Shown here: positions 10,329-19,979 of the stretch, piece after piece
Layout of the letters: each line of letters begins with the position of its first letter
Numbering within the stretch: position 1 is the first letter of the stretch
NCBI GenBank assembly: GCA_036338595.1
Contig: JAYZBV010000109.1
Location: forward strand, 981 to 64,980
Origin: Planctomycetota bacterium
GTDB lineage: Bacteria; Planctomycetota; UBA8108; UBA1146
Length of the DNA stretch: 64,000 bases
Reading direction: 5' to 3'
Notes under the pieces: generated by a model
Seen by the model: the letters and a program-made list of their open reading frames with translations, nothing else
What the model was told of the DNA's origin: nothing
Databases searched by the model: none
Made by a program: the position numbers and the translations under genes

Positions 10329-11584
10329 TGATCCTACGAATCTTCCTCGGCTGTCTCTTGTTGCTGCTGGTCCCTGCGATTTCAGATGCCAGCCCGGAGC
10401 AGGTCATCGCCATCCGTGGGGGCACAGTCCACACGATGGCAAAGCAGGCCGATGGTAGCTGGGCAGTGCCGATCGAGAATGGTGTCGTGCTGATTCGAGA
10501 TGGAAAGATCTCTGCAATTGGAACCGCCGCATCGGTCGAGATCCCCGAGGGCACACGAGTCATCGAAGCAACTGTGGTCACACCTGGATTGATCGATTCA
10601 CGCTCCGTGGTCGGGCTCGCTGGCTGGCTCAACTACGACCATGATCAGGATCAGCTGGAGCGCTCTTCGCCGATGCAACCCGAGCTGGATCCGCGAGATG
10701 CCTACAATGTGCGAGAGCCATTGATCGAGTGGGTTCGGTCACTGGGTGTCACGACCCTTCACACGGGCCATGCACCCGGCCAGTTGATCTCGGGCCAGAC
10801 CTTCATCGTCAAGACCAGGGGCGACAATGTGGATCAGGCTGTGCTGAAGCCGGATGGAATGGTGGTCTGCACACTCGGATCGTCAGGATTTGGATCAGGT
10901 GGAAAGAGTCCAGGCACCCGTGCCAAGCAGATGGCGATGCTCCGCCAGGAGTTCATCAAGGCACAGACGTATCTCGATAAACAGGCCGCTGCAGAAACTG
11001 ACGAGAAGAAGGACGCCCCTGGCAGAGACCTGCGTAAGGAGGTGCTGGCGAAGGTACTCAACAGAGAACTTCCACTGATGGTCACGGCTCATGGATCTGT
11101 CGATATCCAGAATGTGCTGAGGCTTCAGAAGGAACTGGGTATTCGTGTCGTGCTGGAAGGCGCATCGGAGTGTTACGACTTCATCGATGAACTCAAGCAG
11201 CAGGAGATCTCCGTGATCATTCATCCGACGATGATGAGGGCTTCTGGCAAGGGTAAGAACGCCAGCATGGAAACTGCGGCAAAACTGGTGGCCGCTGGAA
11301 TCCCGGTCGCCATGGGTAGTGGATACGAATCGTATGTCCCAAAAACCCGGGTCGTGTTGTGGGAGGCAGCCATCGCCTGTGCTTATGGTTGTTCCTTCGC
11401 CGATGCGCTGGGACTCATCACGGCCTCGTCGGCGGAACTTCTGGGGATCTCGGACCGTGTAGGCTCTCTTGAAGTGGGTAAGGATGGGGATGTTGCCCTC
11501 TACGACGGCGATCCATTCGAATACACCACGCATTGCATTGGGACCATCATCGAAGGTGTTGTCGTCAGCGACCAGACGCGCTGA
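10325..11584 (+). CDS. Amidohydrolase-like paralog with degenerate metal-site motifs
   Basis: ATG 10325 overlaps the upstream stop (ATGA). Signal peptide MMILRIFLGCLLLLLVPAISDA. It keeps GSLEVGKDGDVALYDGDPF, but reads PGLIDSRSVVG at the HxH position and GSGYESY at the HTD position. Confidence 0.75.
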   Translation: MMILRIFLGCLLLLLVPAISDASPEQVIAIRGGTVHTMAKQADGSWAVPIENGVVLIRDGKISAIGTAASVEIPEGTRVIEATVVTPGLIDSRSVVGLAGWLNYDHDQDQLERSSPMQPELDPRDAYNVREPLIEWVRSLGVTTLHTGHAPGQLISGQTFIVKTRGDNVDQAVLKPDGMVVCTLGSSGFGSGGKSPGTRAKQMAMLRQEFIKAQTYLDKQAAAETDEKKDAPGRDLRKEVLAKVLNRELPLMVTAHGSVDIQNVLRLQKELGIRVVLEGASECYDFIDELKQQEISVIIHPTMMRASGKGKNASMETAAKLVAAGIPVAMGSGYESYVPKTRVVLWEAAIACAYGCSFADALGLITASSAELLGISDRVGSLEVGKDGDVALYDGDPFEYTTHCIGTIIEGVVVSDQTR

Positions 11585-11592
11585 GGAGGCGG

Positions 11593-13245
11593 ATGAGTTC
11601 AGTGGCGGATGAGGTCAATCATGGCCAGGTTGGCAGTGGTCTCATGTCCACGCCACTGACCAGTAGATGCTTCATCCTGGGGCTCATCTTCGTGGTCGTC
11701 CTGCTGCATTGCATGGCTCTGCCACATCGAGAACTCCGGGGTGAAGAGGGCAGAAGGGTTGTTGCCGCTCGGGAGATGATCGCGAACTCGGATGCGATCG
11801 TGCCAACCGTCTGGGGGCAACCCTATCTCAACAAGCCACCCCTCTATCCCTGGCTGACGGTCGCTGTTTCTCGCATCTCGGGCGCACCGATGAACGAGAT
11901 TGCAGTCAGGATTCCAGCACTGGTCGCGACGGTATTGACCGGCCTACTGTTGCTTCTTGCAGGACAACGGCTGGGGAACTGGCGCGTGGGATCCTTTGCA
12001 GCGCTCTTTTTTCTGCTGTGTCCTGTCGTGATCCGAAAGTCGACGCTGGGAGAGACCGATCTGCTGCTGACTCTGGGCTGCACGATGTATGCCATCGAGA
12101 TGCTGCTGATCCAGAGTGCCACCTCGAAGCGGGGAATCGCCAGTTCGGTCTGGATGACCGCGGGACTCTGCATCGCATTGCTGGCGAAGGGGCCGATTGC
12201 GCTGCTCTTCATGCTGTCAGTGATGATGGCCGCTGCCATCGCCGGAGGTTCCGCGAGATGGAAGCAGCCCAGCTGGTGGGGCCCACCCATTGCAGCGCTG
12301 GCGATCAGTTCCATCTGGGTACTTGCAGTACTGGATCGGCTTGAAGATCAGGGATTGATCACGAACTGGATGGCAGAGTTGGCTCGATCACGATCCGGCG
12401 GTGAATGGTGGCGACACAGGTGGGAGTTCATCAGTGGAGTGGGCCTGGGTTTCTTTCCGGCGATATTGTTCGTGACCTTCTCTGGCTCGCCCCGCGCTGA
12501 TCGTGGCTGGTTTGGAGATGTGCGGCTGCGCCCACTGGCGATCGCAGTCTTGATTCCAGGGCTGGTTCTGTTGATCTGGCCGGCGGTCCAGCCCAGGTAT
12601 CTGCTTCCCGCACTGCCTCTTCTGGCGTGGATGGCAGCGATGTTCATCGATAATTCGATGGCTGGTGGCGATGCAGCAAGGGGTGGCGAGAAAGCAATTT
12701 CAGTCTTCACTCGAATCATCCGCACACTGATAGGTAGCGTAGGAGTGGCTTCCATTACCGTAGCCATCGCTCTCCTGTTCACTGAAGTTTCGATAGAGGG
12801 TCTCCCTCTCATCTCTGCATCTGGATTGATGATGATGGGTGTGATGCTCTCGGCCGCCGTCTGGGTACCGCTGAAGAAATCGGAGCGGGGATCCGCCGAG
12901 TCATCGGCGATGCGCTGGATCCTGATGCTGCTGGCGTGGCTCGGTTGTCACGCACTCATCATCGAGCCGGATCGGGGTCTCTACAGGCCCCTACAAGAAG
13001 TGGCGAGGCAGATCGAGCAGATGGTGCCCAGCGACGAGATCCTGTGGCACGATGTGAACGCTCGATGGAATACCCTCGGCCAGATCGATCGTGAGTTGCG
13101 CATCGTCACTGCAGAAGCTGGACCCAGCGCTGGCGACTGGTTTCTCACCGTCGAGGCTGCAGAATCGAGGCTGACGGACGGCTGGAAACCGATCGAGTTC
13201 GATGATGGCCAGAAGGCATCCCTGGGACTCCAGCGATCTGATTGA
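11593..13245 (+). CDS. GT-C fold glycosyltransferase, ArnT/PMT_2-like
   Basis: ATG 11593 preceded by GAGGAGG. Many hydrophobic helices. The N-terminal block EEGRRVVAAREM...WGQPYLNKPPLYPWL is typical of ArnT/PMT-type lipid-linked sugar transferases. Confidence 0.75.
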   Translation: MSSVADEVNHGQVGSGLMSTPLTSRCFILGLIFVVVLLHCMALPHRELRGEEGRRVVAAREMIANSDAIVPTVWGQPYLNKPPLYPWLTVAVSRISGAPMNEIAVRIPALVATVLTGLLLLLAGQRLGNWRVGSFAALFFLLCPVVIRKSTLGETDLLLTLGCTMYAIEMLLIQSATSKRGIASSVWMTAGLCIALLAKGPIALLFMLSVMMAAAIAGGSARWKQPSWWGPPIAALAISSIWVLAVLDRLEDQGLITNWMAELARSRSGGEWWRHRWEFISGVGLGFFPAILFVTFSGSPRADRGWFGDVRLRPLAIAVLIPGLVLLIWPAVQPRYLLPALPLLAWMAAMFIDNSMAGGDAARGGEKAISVFTRIIRTLIGSVGVASITVAIALLFTEVSIEGLPLISASGLMMMGVMLSAAVWVPLKKSERGSAESSAMRWILMLLAWLGCHALIIEPDRGLYRPLQEVARQIEQMVPSDEILWHDVNARWNTLGQIDRELRIVTAEAGPSAGDWFLTVEAAESRLTDGWKPIEFDDGQKASLGLQRSD

Positions 13246-13271
13246 GGTGCGATCGGAAAGGAGAAAACTTG

Positions 13272-14183
13272 ATGCAATTCCGGGTTCTTCTCCTGTGCAT
13301 CCTGCTGGGACCATCATCGCTGCTGGGACACGATGGAGTTCATGTAGATGTAGATCGTATCAACGAACTGATTTCAAAGAGCGATGACCCGGGTCCTCTG
13401 TACCTGATGAGGGCAAGATTGTGTCGTGCACATGGCCGCCCGGAACTGGGGCTGAAAGATTGCCAGGTCGCTCGTGGTTGCGGTGTGGATCCATTCGCAG
13501 AAAAATTTGAAAGGGCGCTTTGTCTGCGGGATGCGCTTCGCCATGACCGAGCGATGCAATTGCTCGACGATCTGGTGAACAACTCGGTGTCGGTGCCGCT
13601 GGATGTGCTGAGTGAACGATCATCCATCCGCCAATGGCGTGGCGATATCGATGGAGCCATCGTTGATCTGGCCAGGGTCCACGCAGTCCGGCCCGATCTG
13701 GAAACCACCCTGCGTCTCGGTTCTCTTCTTGAGAAGCGCAAGGCTCATGGGCTGGCGGCATCCCTCTATCGACAGATGATGGAACGTGCCGGTGAGAGTG
13801 CGTTACTGACCATCGGTTTGATCCGTGTCGAATCTGCCAGGGGCCAGCATGATGCGGCGTTACAGTTGATCGATGTTCAACTGGAGAACGCCTCTCTCAA
13901 GGCGCCGTGGCTGCAGAGGAAGGCGGAGGTGCTGACTGCTGCAGGGCGAGTGGATGAAGCGAACAAGGTACTGGAAGCCGCTCTCTCAGATCTGGACAGG
14001 ATTTTCAAGCGACGACCAGTACCGATCCACAGGGTCACCCGAGCTCGAATACTGCGTCAACTCGGTCGTCTGGATGAAGCCAGCAGCGAGTTGAAGTTGG
14101 TACTCCAGCAGGCTCCCGGTTACGAGACCGCTCGATCGGAACTGAAACTGGTAGAAAAACTCCAGGCGGATCAGAAACGATGA
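13272..14183 (+). CDS. Secreted TPR-like repeat protein
   Basis: ATG 13272 with GGAAAGGAGA upstream. Signal peptide MQFRVLLLCILLGPSSLLG. Helical-hairpin periodicity rich in Ala, Leu and Arg. Confidence 0.7.
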   Translation: MQFRVLLLCILLGPSSLLGHDGVHVDVDRINELISKSDDPGPLYLMRARLCRAHGRPELGLKDCQVARGCGVDPFAEKFERALCLRDALRHDRAMQLLDDLVNNSVSVPLDVLSERSSIRQWRGDIDGAIVDLARVHAVRPDLETTLRLGSLLEKRKAHGLAASLYRQMMERAGESALLTIGLIRVESARGQHDAALQLIDVQLENASLKAPWLQRKAEVLTAAGRVDEANKVLEAALSDLDRIFKRRPVPIHRVTRARILRQLGRLDEASSELKLVLQQAPGYETARSELKLVEKLQADQKR

Positions 14184-14193
14184 AAGCGAATCA

Positions 14194-14475
14194 TCAGCGG
14201 AGAATGCGACGTCCTTCAGAGACCAGAGATTCGTCCTCATGTCGGGTTCCCCAGACGATGCAGCCGATGGCGTGGATGGCACCCACTGCATCGAGTGCAG
14301 ATCCAGCACTCCAGGCCGGTGCCATACCGTATCCCTCGATGAAGCAATCACGCAGTCGAGGTTGCTCGAGCCAGATTCCTGTTTCCATCCGGATCCAGTC
14401 AAAGGCAGGGTGATTGGCATGGGCGTGTTCAAAATCGATGACGCCGACATGAATCAGAAGCCAGGCGGGCTGGGA
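14194..14475 (-). pseudogene. Relic of the C-terminal part of an APH/choline-kinase-type phosphotransferase
   Basis: A stop-to-stop minus-strand frame translates to SQPAWLLIHVGVIDFEHAHANHPAFDWIRMETGIWLEQPRLRDCFIEGYG... The IDFE.A...P..D and F..GY blocks resemble the PF01636 C-terminus. There is no N-lobe or HGD..N catalytic loop, and the frame overlaps the permease start. Confidence 0.45.
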
Positions 14476-15786
14476 CTATTTTCGTCCACGGTCGTGGTAG
14501 TGACGACGGTGGTCGGTGCCGGTGTCTTCACCACCACGGGCCACTTTGCAGCGGAGCTGGGAAGTGGTTGGGCTGTGCTGGTCACATGGTGCGTGGCTTC
14601 TCTCATCGCCATGCTCAGCGCTCTCAGTACCGCAGAACTGGGTGCCATGATGCCCCAGTCTGGAGGGGACTATGTCTATGTTCGACGAGCCTTCGGGGCG
14701 AGGGTCAGCTATGTCTTCGGAGTGATTTCAGGACCCGCGGCATGGACCGTGGGCAGCGCATTCGTTGCGGGAACTCTCGGGAAGCACTTCAACAACCTGA
14801 TTCCAGCAGTACCTGACCTGGTCGCCTCCGTTGCTGCGGTCTTGATATTGACAGTGCTTCACACCCGCGGTGTTCGAGTAGGTGCGCTCTTCAACAACAC
14901 AACAACTGTCCTGAAGGTGGCCCTGATCGCTGGCTTTGTCGCCGCCGGAATGGCTGCCATCTTCTGGGGGGAAGGAACTGGAGCAGCAGTCGAAGCCACA
15001 TCGCTGCAGTCGAATCCGTTACAAGGCTGGGCTCTTGTTGAGAAGATCTTCTTCTCGAGCATCTTGGCTGGATTCGCATTTGCTGGCTATAACGCGGTGG
15101 CGCTGATGGCGGGTGAAGTCAGGGATCCTGGTCGCAACATTCCTCGGTCCTTGATCCTTGGACTCGGTGGGATCTCGGTGATGTATCTGCTGGTGAACAT
15201 GGTGTTCGTACTGGCCACCGATCCGGCGCAGATGGTCGATTCCGAGGGCAACGGAATCTCTGATCTGGGCACATTCACGGCACAGCGATTGTTCGGAGAT
15301 GGCATCGCAACACTGTTCGATCTGGTGTTCGTGCTGATCTTGATCTCGACACTCAGCAGTTGTATCCAGGTTTCTTCCCGGATCAGCTGGCGGATGGCTT
15401 GCGACGGTCAGATGCCTGCCGGACTGGGGCGCTCGAACTCGAAGAATGCTCCGACCAATGCCCTGTGGTTACAGGCGCTGTTGATCATCCTGTCGCTGGC
15501 ATTTCTGGTGAGGAAAGAACTGCTTCTGCTCAACGGAATGTGCACTCTCATCGTGGATGTGCCACTGGCATTGACGATCATCCGTCTGCGCAGAAGCGAG
15601 CCCGAAACACCTCGTCCCTTCAGGGTTCCGCTGTACCCATGGATTCCTCTGATCCGGATCTTGCTGGCGGCCTACATCGGATACGCCTTCATCATGGAAG
15701 ACACATGGAATGGTCCAAAGGCCGCTGCATTGATTGCTGCCGTGTTGCTGTTACAACCGATACTTGCGAGGGGTCGAAAGGAGTGA
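14449..15786 (+). CDS. Amino acid/polyamine permease (APC superfamily)
   Basis: ATG 14449. Multi-helix hydrophobic profile. The N-terminal LGLFSSTVVVVTTVVGAGVFTTTG matches the APC-type helix 1. The track extension back to 14239 is antisense to the relic. Confidence 0.8.
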   Translation: MNQKPGGLGLFSSTVVVVTTVVGAGVFTTTGHFAAELGSGWAVLVTWCVASLIAMLSALSTAELGAMMPQSGGDYVYVRRAFGARVSYVFGVISGPAAWTVGSAFVAGTLGKHFNNLIPAVPDLVASVAAVLILTVLHTRGVRVGALFNNTTTVLKVALIAGFVAAGMAAIFWGEGTGAAVEATSLQSNPLQGWALVEKIFFSSILAGFAFAGYNAVALMAGEVRDPGRNIPRSLILGLGGISVMYLLVNMVFVLATDPAQMVDSEGNGISDLGTFTAQRLFGDGIATLFDLVFVLILISTLSSCIQVSSRISWRMACDGQMPAGLGRSNSKNAPTNALWLQALLIILSLAFLVRKELLLLNGMCTLIVDVPLALTIIRLRRSEPETPRPFRVPLYPWIPLIRILLAAYIGYAFIMEDTWNGPKAAALIAAVLLLQPILARGRKE

Positions 15787-15788
15787 GG

Positions 15789-17183
15789 TTGAAGGCACTG
15801 TGGATGCTGATGGGAGTTCTTCTCTGGTCTGGAACTATTCAGGCACAAGAGCGCCCACCCAACTTCATCGTGATCTTCTGCGATGACCTGGGATACGGAG
15901 ACCTGGGCTGTTTCGGTCATCCGACCATCGCAACACCCCATCTCGATCAGATGGCTGCAGAAGGGCAGAGATGGACGCAGTTCTATGTCGCTGCTCCAGT
16001 CTGCACACCCAGTCGTGCCGGTTTGATGACGGGACGATTGCCGATACGAAGTGGACTCTGTTCGCCGAAGCGCCGTGTGCTGTTCCCCAACTCTGCAGGC
16101 GGCATTCCGGATTCTGAAATCACCATCGCAGAGGCGCTGAAGGGGGCCGGATATGCCACCGGTATGGTGGGGAAGTGGCATCTGGGGCATCTTCCGCAGT
16201 TCCTTCCGCATCGACATGGCTTCGATCAGTGGTTCGGAGTGCCCTACTCCAACGACATGGATCGCAACAAGAAGGGTCCCAAGGGGTGGGAAGCATTTCT
16301 CGATCCGAAGTACGAGTACTGGGATGTTCCATTGCACCGAAACGATGAGGTGATCGAACAACCGACCGATCAACGTACCATCACCCGGCGTTACGGCGAT
16401 GAAGCGGTTGCTTTCATCGATTCAAACCAGGACAAGCCCTTCTTCCTGTACCTGGCACATTCGATGCCACATGTGCCGCTCTTTCGTTCCGATCCGTTCG
16501 TCGATCGAAGCGAGCGTGGTTTCTATGGAGATGTGATCGAGGAGATCGACGCCAGCGTCGGAAAGGTACTCGATGCAGTGCGTACTCGTGGACTCTCGAA
16601 GAACACGATCGTCATCTTCACCTCGGATAATGGGCCGTGGCTGGAGTACGGCGACATGGGGGGAAGTGCAGGATTATTGCGTGCGGGCAAGGGCACGACC
16701 TTCGAGGGTGGAATGCGGGTGCCGACCATCATCTGGTGGCCCGGCACTGCAAGACCAGAAGTGGTGACAGACCCTGGAGCCACACTCGATCTGTTACACA
16801 CCTTCTGTTCCATCGCAGGAGTTCAACTGCCCGCTGATCGTGTCTATGACGGGGGTGATCTGTCGGCAAGGATCCGCGGCACGGGGCCCTCACCTCGCAA
16901 CAGCGTCTTCTATTACCGGGGAGATATTCTTTACGCGGTCCGAAAGGGTCCCTGGAAGATGCACTTCCGATCGAGGCCGAGATCGGGAGCCAAGGAAACG
17001 ATCCACGAGACACCGCTTCTTTATCATCTGGAACATGATCCATCCGAGAAGAAGGATCTGGCGAAGAAGCATCCGGAGATTATTGAAGAGTTGAGATCGG
17101 TGGCACTGGAGCATCGATCGACGCTGATGCCGGTAGACAATCAGATGATCAAGATCATCGGTAAAACGCCGGACAAGGAGTGA
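15789..17183 (+). CDS. Arylsulfatase (Cys-type formylglycine sulfatase)
   Basis: DDLGYGDLG, CTPSRAGLMTGR (CxPxR), GKWHLG and a signal peptide. Start is TTG 15789 (AAGGAG 6 nt upstream) or ATG 15804. The track ORF from 15360 overlaps the permease and is rejected. Confidence 0.9.
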   Translation: MKALWMLMGVLLWSGTIQAQERPPNFIVIFCDDLGYGDLGCFGHPTIATPHLDQMAAEGQRWTQFYVAAPVCTPSRAGLMTGRLPIRSGLCSPKRRVLFPNSAGGIPDSEITIAEALKGAGYATGMVGKWHLGHLPQFLPHRHGFDQWFGVPYSNDMDRNKKGPKGWEAFLDPKYEYWDVPLHRNDEVIEQPTDQRTITRRYGDEAVAFIDSNQDKPFFLYLAHSMPHVPLFRSDPFVDRSERGFYGDVIEEIDASVGKVLDAVRTRGLSKNTIVIFTSDNGPWLEYGDMGGSAGLLRAGKGTTFEGGMRVPTIIWWPGTARPEVVTDPGATLDLLHTFCSIAGVQLPADRVYDGGDLSARIRGTGPSPRNSVFYYRGDILYAVRKGPWKMHFRSRPRSGAKETIHETPLLYHLEHDPSEKKDLAKKHPEIIEELRSVALEHRSTLMPVDNQMIKIIGKTPDKE

Positions 17184-17789
17184 TCAGCAACCGTTGATCG
17201 GCTCGAGCATCATTTTCAGTATTTTCGGTTCGTTAGACAGGGGAGATGGAATCACGCGATTTGCAGCCTGATCAACGACCACCTTGAAGATGATCGATGT
17301 ATTGTTCCGGAACATGACGGTGGGATCTATTGGTCCCATCGAATACCTCACAGGATCTTCCACAAGGATGAGCGCACTGTTGAGTTCGAAGTTCAATACC
17401 GTCAACTCCAGGGGATGATCGGGTTGAAATTGCTGTCCTGCCCAGCTGGAATGGCCCATCGATTCGATTTCTTTCTGGAGAGTTCTGGTCCAGAGATCGA
17501 TGGTGTCGGTCTGGAGTTTGAACTCGGTGCGGCCATCTCCTGAAGGACTGGGCCGTAGAGTTTCGACGGTTCCGTTCCCGGTCCATACCGATCTCAGCTT
17601 TTTCAGATCTCCCTCGTAATAGGCTGCGAAATGGGCGCGGATCGGGGCCAGTGCCTGTTCGATCAACTCGGGATTATTTTGCCGAAAGGAATCGATCCTC
17701 TGCGAATTGGTCTGGAATGGCGGCTTATCTCCTGCAGTGGCGAGCATGGCGCAGGAGAGGATCAGCAGCAGAATGGTAGAGGATTTCAT
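17184..17789 (-). CDS. Secreted hypothetical protein
   Basis: 201 aa with signal peptide MKSSTILLLILSCAMLATAG. No recognisable motif. Convergent with the sulfatase; the two stops abut (TGATCA). Confidence 0.6.
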   Translation of the reverse strand: MKSSTILLLILSCAMLATAGDKPPFQTNSQRIDSFRQNNPELIEQALAPIRAHFAAYYEGDLKKLRSVWTGNGTVETLRPSPSGDGRTEFKLQTDTIDLWTRTLQKEIESMGHSSWAGQQFQPDHPLELTVLNFELNSALILVEDPVRYSMGPIDPTVMFRNNTSIIFKVVVDQAANRVIPSPLSNEPKILKMMLEPINGC

Positions 17790-18002
17790 GGGGCCCTTCT
17801 TGCAACAGGTTTCGCACGAGTCTCATACACCAGTATCCCGAGGAATCTAATTTCGGACAAGTATTCTTCTACAGCCTGGTGTCTAGAGGCGGTTGGAGCA
17901 TCTCGAGTAGGGCTAATTACTGCTAGCGTGGTTGGTTAGATACGATGATCCGTCACAAGAAGTATTCCCAGCACCCTCGATGGCGAGGAATTCAGCACCT
18001 AC

Positions 18003-18090
18003 ACTGCCACCCTGCTCGGGGCGCATCCTGGGGGATGCTGAGATGAACCCGTGGAACCTGATCCGGGTCGTGCCGGCGGAGGGAAGGCAG
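18003..18090 (+). promoter_or_regulatory. TPP (THI-box) riboswitch aptamer
   Basis: CTCGGGGCGC...GCTGAGA...AACCC..GGAACCTGATCCGGGT..TGCCGGCGGAGGGAA matches the TPP aptamer core. Outer pairing is CTGCC/GGCAG. It lies directly upstream of thiC. Confidence 0.85.
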
Positions 18091-18242
18091 TTTCCGTGAA
18101 CAATGACGATCGTTCCTGGTCACTCCCACTACGGGGAGCTCACAATCCATCTTCTTCTGCAGAGGGAACCAATCCCGGTTCCTTTGCCAATTCACCCGAC
18201 ATCGGTGGGCCGCTGGCCTTCTCCTCTCCCGATACTCCGGGA

Positions 18243-19919
18243 ATGCCCGGGCCATCGAGCAAGACTGCGTGGGATTTCCTTCCCCCCGACTGGCGAATCG
18301 TGGCGACCGATCCGGAAGGAGGTTGTGCCGGTCACAACCATCCGGAAATCGGCGAACACATTCGATGTGTTGCTCCGGATGATTTCGAGGCGGTGACTCA
18401 ACTGGAGAGTGCGCGGCTCGGGGTCGTGACTCCTGAAATGAAGCGAGTGGCAGACAGAGAAGGTCATCTTACCGCACAGCAGGTCAGAGACGAGATTGCC
18501 GCCGGACGCATGATCATTCCCGCAAATCGGGAGCATCTTCGCCATCAACTCGACCCGATGGCGATCGGCCGAGCCAGCAGCACCAAGATCAATGCCAACA
18601 TGGGTGCCTCACCCGTGTCATCTGGCACCGATGAAGAAGTCGAGAAATTGAAGTGGTCCCAGCGCTGGGGCGCCGATACGGCGATGGATCTATCCACGGG
18701 AGGAGACATCGACGCGTGTCGTCTCGCCTTGATCGAGGAGAGCACGGTGCCGATCGGTACGGTTCCGATCTACTCGATGATCATCGGACGAAAGATCGAG
18801 GACCTCGATCACGAGATCATCCTCGAGAGTATCGAGCACCAGGCGGCCCAGGGGGTCGATTACTTCACCATCCATGCCGGTGTACGACCCTGGCACATCC
18901 CACACATCGAGAAACGCCTCATCGGGATCGTCAGCCGAGGGGGTTCACTACTGGCGAAGTGGATGATCATGCATGGCGAAGACAACCCGATGGTGACCTG
19001 CTTCGATCAGATCTGCGAGATCATGCGTCGATACGATGTGAGCTTCTCATTGGGGGATGGTCTGCGACCAGGGGGACTGGCGGATGCCAGCGACGAGGCG
19101 CAACTGGGAGAGCTGGAGACGATCGCGCAGTTGACCGAGATCGCCTGGGCACATGGCGTGCAGGTGATGGTGGAAGGGCCAGGACATGTCCCCTTCGACC
19201 AGATCGAATACAACATGAAGTTGCAACGCAGACTTTGCCATGGCGCTCCATTTTATGTGCTCGGGCCGTTGGTGACCGACATCTTCCCAGGGTACGACCA
19301 CATCACATCATGCATCGGAGCCACCGCTGCCGGCTACCATGGCGCTTCGATGCTCTGCTATGTGACCCCCAAGGAGCATCTGGGACTTCCGAAAAAGGAC
19401 GACGTGAAGCAGGGCTGCATCGCCTACAAGATTGCCGCACACGCTGCCGATGTGGCGCTGGGAATTCCTGGTAGCCGAGATCAAGACGATGAGCTGACCA
19501 AGGCTCGTGCCGCCCTCAACTGGCAGAAGCACTTCGATCTCTCCTTTGATCCCGACACCGCACGGGCCCTCCATGATGAGGATCTCGATGTGGACACCGA
19601 TTTCTGTGCCATGTGCGGTCACGACTGGTGTAGCGTTCGCATATCGAAGGAGATCCAGCAGTTTGCCAGTGGCAAGGCCGATGGTTTCGACAGGGGAGCA
19701 TCGATTCGCAGTGCTGCGCTGACCGAAGAGCAACAGGAGATCCTCGAAAAGCGCGGTGTCCTGGAACCATCCGAAATTCACAAGCTCGCTTCCAAGACAC
19801 GCAAGACGATGGGTACAGAGGAGTCCAGAGCAACTTGCCATAGTGATCTGGTGGATGATCACGAGGCGAAGAAATTGCAGCGGCAAGAACCCGAGTTGTC
19901 AGATGGAGTTGCGAAGTGA
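18243..19919 (+). CDS. thiC: Phosphomethylpyrimidine synthase
   Basis: Core runs from [19 protein letters not shown], with [28 protein letters not shown] and a CX2CX4C cluster motif (CAMCGHDWC). The first ATG after the aptamer is 18243; GTG 18096 is possible. The track start 18051 lies inside the aptamer. Confidence 0.9.
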   Translation: MPGPSSKTAWDFLPPDWRIVATDPEGGCAGHNHPEIGEHIRCVAPDDFEAVTQLESARLGVVTPEMKRVADREGHLTAQQVRDEIAAGRMIIPANREHLRHQLDPMAIGRASSTKINANMGASPVSSGTDEEVEKLKWSQRWGADTAMDLSTGGDIDACRLALIEESTVPIGTVPIYSMIIGRKIEDLDHEIILESIEHQAAQGVDYFTIHAGVRPWHIPHIEKRLIGIVSRGGSLLAKWMIMHGEDNPMVTCFDQICEIMRRYDVSFSLGDGLRPGGLADASDEAQLGELETIAQLTEIAWAHGVQVMVEGPGHVPFDQIEYNMKLQRRLCHGAPFYVLGPLVTDIFPGYDHITSCIGATAAGYHGASMLCYVTPKEHLGLPKKDDVKQGCIAYKIAAHAADVALGIPGSRDQDDELTKARAALNWQKHFDLSFDPDTARALHDEDLDVDTDFCAMCGHDWCSVRISKEIQQFASGKADGFDRGASIRSAALTEEQQEILEKRGVLEPSEIHKLASKTRKTMGTEESRATCHSDLVDDHEAKKLQRQEPELSDGVAK

Positions 19920-19979
19920 GTTGAACTGCCAATTAGTGGCGGGCACTCAGATGGGCTAAACAGGAGAGGGACAATCATC

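Noticed and set aside
13986-14450. A 154-aa minus-strand ORF spanning the TPR gene end and the intergenic region.
   Set aside because: It is in a different frame from the phosphotransferase-like relic, overlaps the TPR coding region antisense, and has no motifs.
15360-15788. N-terminal extensions of track ORFs, for example the sulfatase from 15360. Other cases are RND2 from 57040, thiC from 18051, the methyltransferase to 36045, the BatC-like gene to 44210, the cupin gene to 8979, clpS to 33690, rarD to 51948 and the HExxH protein to 25992.
   Set aside because: The extensions overlap upstream genes or the riboswitch, lack signal-peptide logic and are low-complexity. Internal starts with SD motifs, signal peptides or stop/start overlaps fit better.
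17830-17970. A relatively AT-rich stretch upstream of the riboswitch with a repeated AAGTATTC octamer (about 17861 and about 17961).
   Set aside because: It probably just holds the thiC promoter region. Two copies of an 8-mer are not statistically compelling.
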